This document shows positions 1 to 7,444 of a stretch of DNA of 29,862 nt, one piece after another. The translations under genes and the position numbers were made by a program. The notes beneath the pieces were generated by a model. It was given only the letters and a program-made list of their open reading frames with translations, had not been told where the DNA came from and did no database searches. The DNA is taken from the IMG/VR virus record IMGVR_UViG_3300037524_000529, positions 1 to 29,862 of that record. One strand, written 5' to 3'. Each line of letters starts with the position of its first letter. The first letter of the stretch is position 1. Source of the DNA: a virus. Lineage: Duplodnaviria; Caudoviricetes.

Positions 1-418
1 CAAAAAGGAGCGTTTGTTTAATTCCAGAATTGAAAAGTGGCAGTACGGCCCCGTCGTGCCGGAAATTTGGGAATCGGCTGACAAAAACTGGTTTTTAACT
101 AAAAATGCGGACAGCGGCTGCACATTAACCGACGACCAGAAAACGATCATCCAGGACGTATACAAGGTTTACGGTCGATATGCTGCTTGGACGTTAAGCG
201 AGATGACACACGCTGAAACACCCTGGCTGAAAAGCCACATGAATTGCATAATAAGCGATAAGGCGATTGTGGAGTTTTTTGAGCAGAAAAAAGAAGAATT
301 CGTTTTTGAAGTTGAGTGTCTTGAGGACGTCGAATACATGCGCAACTTGGAACAGGTCGACGAAGAGGGAGTGGATTGGGAAGATTTGAAAGCGCAATTA
401 AATGCCCGAGCCTCCTAA
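1..418 (+). CDS. Panacea-domain (DUF4065/SocA/GepA-like) antitoxin, 5'-truncated by the window, with an acidic RelB-like C-terminal extension
   Basis: The frame is open from base 2 (KKERLFNSRIEKWQYGPVVP...), so the TTG at 14 is probably internal. Motifs LF-x3-IE-x-W-x-YGPVVP and VYGRYAAWTLSEMTH-x-E-x-PW are characteristic of DUF4065. The family's N-terminal KLxKLLY helix is absent and presumably lies upstream. The tail LEDVEYMRNLEQVDEEGVDWEDLKAQL resembles RelB-type antitoxin C-termini. Confidence 0.85.
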   Translation, partial: KKERLFNSRIEKWQYGPVVPEIWESADKNWFLTKNADSGCTLTDDQKTIIQDVYKVYGRYAAWTLSEMTHAETPWLKSHMNCIISDKAIVEFFEQKKEEFVFEVECLEDVEYMRNLEQVDEEGVDWEDLKAQLNARAS

Positions 419-680
419 TCACGTAATCCGCTTTGAAAAGCTGGCAGCGGAATTTATGAGTGATATCCGCAAAGGCCAACCGAAAGTCGCACAACAGATT
501 CAGAACAAAGTTGATGAGTTAAAAGTAAACAAATTTCCGAACGATAGCATAAAATTAAAAGGCGTCGAAAATACATACAGAGTGAATGTGGGTGAATATA
601 GAATTGTTTATGAGGTGATTTCGGGTAGGGTAATTGTTTGGGTGGTTAGAATAGAGCACAGAAAAGACGTATACAGATAG
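402..680 (+). CDS. relE: RelE/StbE (RelE/ParE superfamily) toxin, probable ribosome-dependent mRNase
   Basis: 92 aa with P-x2-SIKLKG, YRVNVGEYRIVYEV and VVRIEHRKDVYR at the C-terminus, the typical RelE/StbE signature. It overlaps the upstream antitoxin by 17 nt, as expected for a type II TA pair. Confidence 0.9.
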   Translation: MPEPPNHVIRFEKLAAEFMSDIRKGQPKVAQQIQNKVDELKVNKFPNDSIKLKGVENTYRVNVGEYRIVYEVISGRVIVWVVRIEHRKDVYR

Positions 681-720
681 CTTGCTCATCCTGGCCGGTG
701 GTTTATAAGGGGTTTGTAAA

Positions 721-1344
721 ATGAAGTTAAATAAAAAAGACTGGGATAACTTTATTTCAGCACTACAAAATCCCCCGGAATATAACGATGCTCTAAAAAA
801 GGGGCTGGCCGATTTTAGGAAGAAGTATGGCATGGAGAAGGTGAAAATGCCTAAATTATGCGGTGAGTGTGGAAAAAGAGAGATGGTATATGTGCCAGCA
901 AAGGTACAGTACGCGCCATGGGAAAAATATCCGAATATAAAAGTAGAAACAGAATATGACGTGGTGGAGCTACTGACCTGCCGAAGTTGCGGTAATGTCG
1001 GCTACCTACCAGGCGATGCCGAAAAAGTGGATGCCGCCAGAGCCCAACTGACGGAGTACTCTCTGGCTGCCGCAAACGAAGTTGCTGTGTGTAATGCTGA
1101 TAGGATAAATTCAATTATCCAAAAAGAAGCGCGGTATATAAACCCCTCTGTAGAAGGTGGCTTGCAATTATACTATAACAACGACGAATTCGGGGCCTAT
1201 ATCGAATGCTACAATGATGGAGAAATTGGCTATACGCTAACCCATTATGGCAAGTCGGTTAGCAGTCGAGATCTGGTAGACGAAAAAATGGATGCTCTCG
1301 ATTTTATCAGGGATATTCAAGTTCATTTGGAGCGCTCTAATTAA
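721..1344 (+). CDS. Chimeric protein: DUF1778/TacA-like C-terminal segment + MqsA/YgiT-type zinc ribbon + unassigned C-terminal domain
   Basis: aa 1-37 (KLNKKDWDNFISALQNPPEYNDALKK) match the DUF1778 L-x3-D-x3-F-x2-AL-x-NPP-x2-N-x2-L tail. CGECG (859) and CRSCG (979) are spaced 40 aa apart as in the MqsA N-terminal Zn ribbon. SD-like AAGGGGT lies upstream. A possible internal start at 847 follows GGAGAAGGTG. Confidence 0.7.
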   Translation: MKLNKKDWDNFISALQNPPEYNDALKKGLADFRKKYGMEKVKMPKLCGECGKREMVYVPAKVQYAPWEKYPNIKVETEYDVVELLTCRSCGNVGYLPGDAEKVDAARAQLTEYSLAAANEVAVCNADRINSIIQKEARYINPSVEGGLQLYYNNDEFGAYIECYNDGEIGYTLTHYGKSVSSRDLVDEKMDALDFIRDIQVHLERSN

Positions 1345-1883
1345 TGAATATTGAAAATGAATCGCTGTACAATACTCTGTCTTACTTCATCGCGAATACA
1401 AATAATTGTCGCACATCTAAACTGTCTAAGTTGCTATATCTACTCGACGTTAGATATACTAGACTAGTGGGCGTTCCTTGCACCCGTGCAGCGTATCTCG
1501 CCGAGGCAAACGGGCCAATTATACCTCAGTTTCTGGGCAATGTTATTGAGGATGTTAGTTCCGATTTTCGTCAACATTTCGATGTTGTAGCCGATGGCGG
1601 CAGTAGTTCTTGCGATTATCCGATATCTCCAAAGTTTGATTTGGATATGGAGGTTTTTTCTCCGTACCAGTTGGAGCTTATGCAAGGCCTATGCGATAAA
1701 TATAAAGACAGCTCAGCACAAGACATTTTCGATGTTATCAGAGGCGATAAATATGATCCATGGAATGTCGTATATAATCTCCAGAGGCGACCAGGTGGGG
1801 ATATACCGCTCCGGCTAGTCTTCGACGCTATACCGGAGGACAAGCAGCAAATGATGCGCGCAAGATATGATTTCCACACATAG
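1344..1883 (+). CDS. Second Panacea-domain (DUF4065) protein, divergent
   Basis: SKLSKLLYLLD...G-x2-CT-x3-YLA-x2-NGPI, then FS-x2-QLELM...KY-x3-SA and DPW near the C-terminus. It is translationally coupled to the previous ORF by a TAATG overlap at 1342-1346. Confidence 0.8.
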   Translation: MNIENESLYNTLSYFIANTNNCRTSKLSKLLYLLDVRYTRLVGVPCTRAAYLAEANGPIIPQFLGNVIEDVSSDFRQHFDVVADGGSSSCDYPISPKFDLDMEVFSPYQLELMQGLCDKYKDSSAQDIFDVIRGDKYDPWNVVYNLQRRPGGDIPLRLVFDAIPEDKQQMMRARYDFHT

Positions 1884-1911
1884 CTACTGCGAATCATTAG
1901 CTGAGTAAACT

Positions 1912-1992
1912 TGCCACAAAAGTGTACTGAATTTGTAGCAGCATTTAAAACAAAATATGCTACAAAAAACATACTGAATTTGTAGCAGCATT
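1912..1992. repeat. Two tandem imperfect palindromes containing an exact 21-bp direct repeat; possible operator or recombination site
   Basis: TACTGAATTTGTAGCAGCATT occurs at 1925-1945 and 1972-1992. Each copy is preceded by the inverted half-site, giving TGCCACAAA-N11-TTTGTAGCA (1912-1940) and TGCTACAAA-N12-TTTGTAGCA (1958-1987). Confidence 0.9.
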
Positions 1993-2024
1993 AATAAAGT
2001 TCAAGCCTAAGCGGAGGCAGCGAG

Positions 2025-2207
2025 ATGAAAAGAAAGCTCTGGGGAGTACGAAAGATAAATCAGATTGAAGATTCAAAACCCGGTCAATTGAATCTCACAA
2101 AAAGCTCAGGCGGATTTATATCTGTGAATCGTATTGAAGCTTTGATCAAAAATAGTTCATTGATCCGAAGGATGGTACTGCCAGTCATTTTCAGCAAGAA
2201 AGACTGA
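2025..2207 (+). CDS. Small basic hypothetical protein (60 aa)
   Basis: Good SD GGAGG at 2013-2017, 7 nt before the ATG, on the same strand as all neighbours. No recognisable motif. Confidence 0.35.
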   Translation: MKRKLWGVRKINQIEDSKPGQLNLTKSSGGFISVNRIEALIKNSSLIRRMVLPVIFSKKD

Positions 2208-2342
2208 ATAAGCATTAAACGGGCTAATATACTTTCAGCCGCGAAACTATAATAAGGAAACCCGTTAATATAGTTTGGGCAAAAGCCAGATTCCATTAAG
2301 CCAATTAGCGCAGGAAAAACAAGATCTTAGCATCCCGTCTTA

Positions 2343-2353
2343 ATCTTATAATA
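2343..2353 (+). promoter_or_regulatory. Candidate phage late-promoter motif ATCTTAWA (here ATCTTATAATA)
   Basis: Lies 56 nt upstream of the first structural gene. The same core recurs in the intergenic gaps at 12793 and 20730. Confidence 0.4.
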
Positions 2354-2398
2354 CCCACCCTATCCACTATTCCATAACAACTAAATAGAGAGGTTAAT

Positions 2399-2770
2399 AT
2401 GCGATTACCAGAGCATATCCGTTCCATTTTTCTAGACACCAAGGGTGAGGTCACCGGGTCTAGATTTTTGGGCGATTTTAAGGTCAAAGTCGTCCTCAGT
2501 AATTCCGAGCGACTTGCTGAGGCTAGATTATATAAGAATTTCCTGCCCAATGACCAGTCCGTGTCACCCAGAGATAGGGCTGATGCAATCGTCCTGTCGG
2601 AGCTGGCCGTAAAGGTCATAGACGGCCCGGATTGGTGGAAAGAGTCGGATTCAGGCAAGAATATGGTGGATATGGAGCCACTATACGCACTCCTAGTGAA
2701 GATTAAGGAAGAGGGCGTTAAATGGTCCGAAGAGGTTCAGAAATTGAACGAAGAGGCGTTAAAAGGATGA
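2399..2770 (+). CDS. Probable tail assembly chaperone
   Basis: 123 aa, two genes upstream of the tape measure. G-x-F-x-VK...L-x-V-x-VIDGPDWWKES...D-x-EPLYAL resembles myophage tail chaperones. SD GAGAGGT upstream. Confidence 0.65.
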   Translation: MRLPEHIRSIFLDTKGEVTGSRFLGDFKVKVVLSNSERLAEARLYKNFLPNDQSVSPRDRADAIVLSELAVKVIDGPDWWKESDSGKNMVDMEPLYALLVKIKEEGVKWSEEVQKLNEEALKG

Positions 2771-3270
2771 GCAGTTTCGGTCAACCAGCCCTTTCAGCAC
2801 GAGATTTGCATGCAATAAAGAATATTGCGTTGCGGAATATTGACTCGAATCTGATCGAAGATTGGATAGAAAGAGCTTACAGGCACTACTCAAAGACCTA
2901 TCATACACCGCTTGAGCAAGCATATGAAGTCCCTGCCCATAAAGTGGCATTGATCATGTTAGAGGACATGTTTAATAATACGGATCCGGACCAACTAGCC
3001 TCAGCAAAGGAAGAAGTAGAGAAGGAACTGTCCAAGCTTGTTCTGTCTGGGGACAAAAAGGTCCTTACCGCCAATGCAGAGATCTCCGATGATGAATGGA
3101 TGGCCAACCAGCTAGAAGAGCTGAAGAAAAAGGGCGCTATCCAAGCGAATGAATCTGCCACCAAGGCGATTCAGAAAGCGGCGGCTACTATTAGCGATGC
3201 CGCACAGCAGCTTGTTAATTCGGTAAACGAGCAACTGCCAGAGGAAGGGCAGATTACATTTGAGGAATAA
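2767..3270 (+). CDS. Probable second tail assembly chaperone (pre-tape-measure protein)
   Basis: The ATG at 2767 overlaps the upstream stop (ATGA), making it a better start than 2722. Acidic, helical protein with WIERAYRHYSKTYHTPL, directly before the tape measure. Confidence 0.6.
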   Translation: MSSFGQPALSARDLHAIKNIALRNIDSNLIEDWIERAYRHYSKTYHTPLEQAYEVPAHKVALIMLEDMFNNTDPDQLASAKEEVEKELSKLVLSGDKKVLTANAEISDDEWMANQLEELKKKGAIQANESATKAIQKAAATISDAAQQLVNSVNEQLPEEGQITFEE

Positions 3271-3272
3271 TC

Positions 3273-5474
3273 ATGTTAGATGAATTTGTCAAAAAGATAG
3301 TCCTAGAGTTTGAGGCCAAAGGCACCGACGAGATGAAGCAGAAGTTGGATAAAGTCTCGGGCCGAGGCTCACCAGTAGATGCCAGAAACCTGTCTCAATA
3401 TTCTAGACAGATCCAGGACGTAATAAAGAACATGGAAAAGATGGGGCAAGCTCCGTCTAAATCCATGGAGAAGCTTGCATCTACCCTGAAGGATCTTACT
3501 AACCGGGAAATTAAGAATTTCTACACGGAAATGGATAAGACCGCTCAACGCATCGAGCGCAGGATGGAAGCACTGAAGAGGATGGAGGCCAAAGGGGCTT
3601 CTGAGGAGACTCTATCAAGAGTTAGAGGAAGGCAAGGGAGGGATTTGGAGCTTTTAGAAAGTAGGGCCGCCAATGCTCCGCCTCCTCTTACTCCTCCCCC
3701 TACTCCTACTGCTGGTGCTGGTGCTGGTGTTGGTACTACATTAGGGGGAGTTATCGGAGCCGCCGCAGCGGCTGAAGCTGCCTTTGAAACTGAATTTATC
3801 AAGACCAAGCGCACAGAATTCAGTTATAAAGCAGCAGCTGCATCTCCAATATTACGCCAGCAACGAGCGGCTCTGTCTGGGTCCATTAAAGATGCACTTT
3901 TGGAGACTACTATTCAGTCATCATCAAAAGCTATGGATCAAGCCGAGGAGGAAATAGATGCTCAAAAAAATCTAATGTGGGCAAAATTAGCCGCAGGAGC
4001 CGCTACAGCTGCTGGCTCTGTGCCACTGCTTGGAGCTGGTGGATTAGGTCTGGCGGGCATTGCGGCTGGATCAGCCTGGACGGTATCATCCGCCGGAGAT
4101 CTGTGGAGGTTCTATCGCGGTGGGCGAGAAGCAGCTATGGCGCAAGCAAAAGAAAAGTACAAGGGCGACATCGAAGCTGCATCTCTGATGCCTGATTTAA
4201 TTGACAATTTTGAAAAAGAAGCCCCAGCTCGATTCCACTATCAAAAATTACTCAACATGAACGATCAGTCTTACCACACAAGTATCAGAGGGATAATGCA
4301 ATCCGCAGCTCTGAGTACTACCGATGAAGCTCGTCAGTTAGCACTTGGAATGAGGGGGTACGGTTTCGATGGTGGAGAAACTACAGAATTAGCAAAAGTC
4401 GCCGGGCAGGTCTCTCTTAGGTCTAAGATGGATCTTGGAGCTACGGCTCAATTAACTGGACAAGCGGCATTACTTGGAACTGGCGGAACTACCACGGCAA
4501 AGAAGACCCTGGAAGATATAGGCTCTGTTGGAACTGCAGTGGGTATAAAAAATTCTGGACTTCTGGAAGAATTTAACAAAATGACTATGGCCATGGCTTC
4601 ACAGGCGGGAGTTAAGCAAGATATTAGCGCCCTATCTTCTCAGATCGCCAGATTCATTGTCCCAGGCGCAGGTGGTAAGGTTGATTTGACTGCACTCCAG
4701 GGGGCTGAAGAGGCGCAAGGTCTACTTAGTGGCCTCGTAGGTTCAGACTTGGGTGCCGTTCAGCTAACTAAGATCCAAAGAGCACAAGAGCTTTGGGGAA
4801 AAGCAGAAAAAGCGGGCACACTTAAGCAGACCGGTACCGCAGCAAGAGCTTTATTCATCAGTCAGTATGCAGCAGAGAGTGACATTACGGCTAAAGCAGC
4901 AGATGTTGAAGCGCAATATGGTATCGACGTCACTGGAGAGAACGTGGAGCTCGCCAAAAAGTTGGGTGGAATGAAGGGACTCTACACTGACGCAGCAACG
5001 GCAGCACAGTGGGCTGCTGGTGGAGGTTTCAAAAAAACTAGGGCCATTGCTGGGCTTAAACAAGCCATGGCAACCGGGGCTGTAGGAAGAATCCCAGAAA
5101 TGCTAGAGCGGCTACCCGAGTCTGGCGAGGGATTTGATAAAGAATCTACTGCATGGAAAGCAATTACACAATCTGTTAGTGGCGGAATGAAGATGGACAA
5201 GATGCAACAAGAATATGTGGAACAGAATGAGAAATTTCTTGCTGCGCTGACATCTGCGAATAAAGCCAACGAAGTCGCATTAAATGCAGGAGTAGATTTG
5301 TCCACTAAGACATATCCTGAATTGACAAAAGCTTTCAATTCCATCATATCAGCATTATATACAGCAGCAGAGGACATAAAACAAAAACGCAGTGGGTATT
5401 CAGGATCGAGCGCAGAAGGAGCTAACGTCCAGGTAGGTGCGCCAGCCGCTAAGGGAAAAGTGGGTTCTAAATAA
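3273..5474 (+). CDS. Tail tape measure protein
   Basis: 733 aa, Ala/Gly/Lys/Glu-rich and helical, with an N-terminal coiled coil and Gly/Ala hydrophobic stretches (LAAGAATAAGSVPLLGAGGLGLAGIAAG). It lies between the chaperones and the baseplate hub. SD GAGGA upstream. Confidence 0.75.
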   Translation: MLDEFVKKIVLEFEAKGTDEMKQKLDKVSGRGSPVDARNLSQYSRQIQDVIKNMEKMGQAPSKSMEKLASTLKDLTNREIKNFYTEMDKTAQRIERRMEALKRMEAKGASEETLSRVRGRQGRDLELLESRAANAPPPLTPPPTPTAGAGAGVGTTLGGVIGAAAAAEAAFETEFIKTKRTEFSYKAAAASPILRQQRAALSGSIKDALLETTIQSSSKAMDQAEEEIDAQKNLMWAKLAAGAATAAGSVPLLGAGGLGLAGIAAGSAWTVSSAGDLWRFYRGGREAAMAQAKEKYKGDIEAASLMPDLIDNFEKEAPARFHYQKLLNMNDQSYHTSIRGIMQSAALSTTDEARQLALGMRGYGFDGGETTELAKVAGQVSLRSKMDLGATAQLTGQAALLGTGGTTTAKKTLEDIGSVGTAVGIKNSGLLEEFNKMTMAMASQAGVKQDISALSSQIARFIVPGAGGKVDLTALQGAEEAQGLLSGLVGSDLGAVQLTKIQRAQELWGKAEKAGTLKQTGTAARALFISQYAAESDITAKAADVEAQYGIDVTGENVELAKKLGGMKGLYTDAATAAQWAAGGGFKKTRAIAGLKQAMATGAVGRIPEMLERLPESGEGFDKESTAWKAITQSVSGGMKMDKMQQEYVEQNEKFLAALTSANKANEVALNAGVDLSTKTYPELTKAFNSIISALYTAAEDIKQKRSGYSGSSAEGANVQVGAPAAKGKVGSK
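3676..3737 (+). repeat. Low-complexity tract encoding a Pro-rich then Ala-Gly linker in the tape measure
   Basis: Runs of CCT/ACT codons followed by (GCTGGT)3 encode APPPLTPPPTPTAGAGAGVGT. Confidence 0.8.
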
Positions 5475-7432
5475 TGAAAATCATTGATATTTTACCAAAC
5501 TCACCAGACGCACATCAATCACAGCCGCAGCCTATAGTGAGTTTTATTCGATTTCAAGTCCGGAATACTTATAATCGCACCGACGATTTTAAGTCCGACG
5601 CCGCAAACTCTGTTATAGCGCGTAAGCAAATTGTTGTTGTCTCTGACGTCATTTCAATCAAAATAAGCAGTACAAAGTCCAATCCCGTGGGTGCTTGCGA
5701 AATCGTCTTATCATCAGGACAAATTAATTACGCGTCTGCAATTTCAACCGGCGAGCATGCGCTAGTATGGATCACAAATGACGCAGTTACGTTCGATAGA
5801 GTATCGAATCAGGTCTATGCCGGCAAGCAAGCCAATGATTTCCAGTCTGGTTTGAAGTTCATAGGTCGTGTTCAATCGGTTAGAGAGATTTTTTCTACTA
5901 ATGAATTCGGCGTAAAGACCCTGAGATATGTAGTGACTCTAAAGTCCTTCTCTGAATTCCAGGGGCAGTTCTATTCCAATCCACTTTTGACGCAGTCGGG
6001 CTCCGTATTTGGGCGACAACTCGATCTATTGATTGGAATGACTAATGAATGGCAATCTTGGATAAAGAGCGTTGGAGTTAAGGGCATCCCAATAGAGGAA
6101 ATAGCCCGGTTTCTCGTATCGACCGTACTTGGTAGTGGGCCTACTGACACCGGAAAGAAGTCGGCTGGAGCAGTAAAGAGCCCCAATGGAGCATTTTTAA
6201 TCCCAAAAGCGATCGCCGCACTTTTGGGATTGCCAAGTCAGGGCCTCTTAAAGTATTCTGACGTGCTACATGGCATCTTCGGCATACAAAAATATCCAGA
6301 AAATAAGTATATGCCGGTTGGGCAGAGTAGTTTGCAAAAAATTGGTAACAGGATGTACTCTACTGGGATTGCATTGGCTGGGCGAGTATGGGGCGCCCCA
6401 GATATGTTCAACAATGCTACCGTGTGGTCCCTACTAGCCACCCATCTGAATCCAAGTATCAACGAGATGTACTGCACTCTACGAGCTAACGAAGAAGGAT
6501 TTATTTATCCGTATTTGATAATGCGCCAGATACCCTTTACTACAAGATTTTTCAACGGAACGTCGATTGCCAACACCAGGTTTTCGAGCCTGCCTAGATG
6601 GCGCATTGCTAATGAATTACTCATGGGATACAATATAGGCCCAAATGATTCAACTCGGTTTAATTTTATCCAGGCATATGCCAAAGTTTATCAAGCTAAG
6701 GATCAAAGATGGGCGATGTATCAGCAGATAGCAGACGGAAATACCGCACTTGATCCGCTTGATATTTCCAGAAACGGCCTGAGGCCACTGATCGTCACAT
6801 CAACTGCAGATGTGATCGATGACCAGTCTGGAAACGATGCTGCCACCAATACCGATAAAACGGCAAAAAAGACGGTAACATCCATCAATAAGTGGACTAA
6901 TCTGATCGCAGATTTCAACATGAATGGTGCGCTAAAGTTCACTGGATCGGTTACAGTTGCTGGAGTTGTCGAGCCTATATGCGTAGGAGATAATTTGCAG
7001 CTCGAAGATAAAGTATTTCATATTGAGTCAGTGAGTCACGAATACATGGTGGATGGGGCATATGGGTCCAAAATATTCAGAACGACCATAGGGTTAACAA
7101 ATGGGATGATGGAAGACGGCAGATTTATCGCTTCGGATATATCTGGCGATCAATCAGTGGGCGAGCCAGTCATGAGGCAGAATGATCGCCGAGAAAACCT
7201 GCCCGGATACACTGATACAGAGGTTTATATAGACGATGTGCCGATAATCTCTCAAGCCGATAAGGGCGAGATAGTCGGGGTTTCCGATAAAACTAACCCG
7301 CTGAATGCTAAAAATTCATCGACTAAAAAAGAGCAGGCTAAAAAGAAGACGAGTCCAAAGGTGAGAGCTAAGGAAATTAAAAAGAAAGTGAAGGCGGTCA
7401 AGAAACGACCCTCCGCGAGTAGCAGTAATTAA
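5474..7432 (+). CDS. Baseplate hub protein (T4 gp27/Mu gp44-like) with Lys-rich C-terminal tail
   Basis: N-terminal DVISIKISSTKSNPVGACEIVL...LKFIGRVQSV, central TVWSLL...INEMY...LIMRQIPF, and C-terminal TGSVTVAG...ICVGDNL...FHIESVSHEY...TTIGLTNG are typical of hub proteins. It follows the tape measure with TAATG coupling. Confidence 0.75.
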   Translation: MKIIDILPNSPDAHQSQPQPIVSFIRFQVRNTYNRTDDFKSDAANSVIARKQIVVVSDVISIKISSTKSNPVGACEIVLSSGQINYASAISTGEHALVWITNDAVTFDRVSNQVYAGKQANDFQSGLKFIGRVQSVREIFSTNEFGVKTLRYVVTLKSFSEFQGQFYSNPLLTQSGSVFGRQLDLLIGMTNEWQSWIKSVGVKGIPIEEIARFLVSTVLGSGPTDTGKKSAGAVKSPNGAFLIPKAIAALLGLPSQGLLKYSDVLHGIFGIQKYPENKYMPVGQSSLQKIGNRMYSTGIALAGRVWGAPDMFNNATVWSLLATHLNPSINEMYCTLRANEEGFIYPYLIMRQIPFTTRFFNGTSIANTRFSSLPRWRIANELLMGYNIGPNDSTRFNFIQAYAKVYQAKDQRWAMYQQIADGNTALDPLDISRNGLRPLIVTSTADVIDDQSGNDAATNTDKTAKKTVTSINKWTNLIADFNMNGALKFTGSVTVAGVVEPICVGDNLQLEDKVFHIESVSHEYMVDGAYGSKIFRTTIGLTNGMMEDGRFIASDISGDQSVGEPVMRQNDRRENLPGYTDTEVYIDDVPIISQADKGEIVGVSDKTNPLNAKNSSTKKEQAKKKTSPKVRAKEIKKKVKAVKKRPSASSSN

Positions 7433-7444
7433 TAGGAGCAAGGG

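Noticed and set aside
14-418. TTG at 14 as the true start (AAGGAG lies just upstream)
   Set aside because: The frame is open to the window edge and the N-terminal helix of the Panacea domain is missing, so the gene most likely starts upstream.
1925-1992. CRISPR array or type III TA (ToxI-like) repeat RNA
   Set aside because: There are only two 21-bp copies, the 26-bp spacer itself contains the inverted half-site, and no cas or ToxN-like gene is visible.
2248-2253. Sigma70 promoter at TATAAT
   Set aside because: There is no credible -35 hexamer at 16-18 bp spacing, and the context is AT-rich.
2722-2766. ORF-track start at 2722 for the second chaperone
   Set aside because: It would overlap the upstream gene by 49 nt. 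The ATGA-coupled start at 2767 is more plausible.
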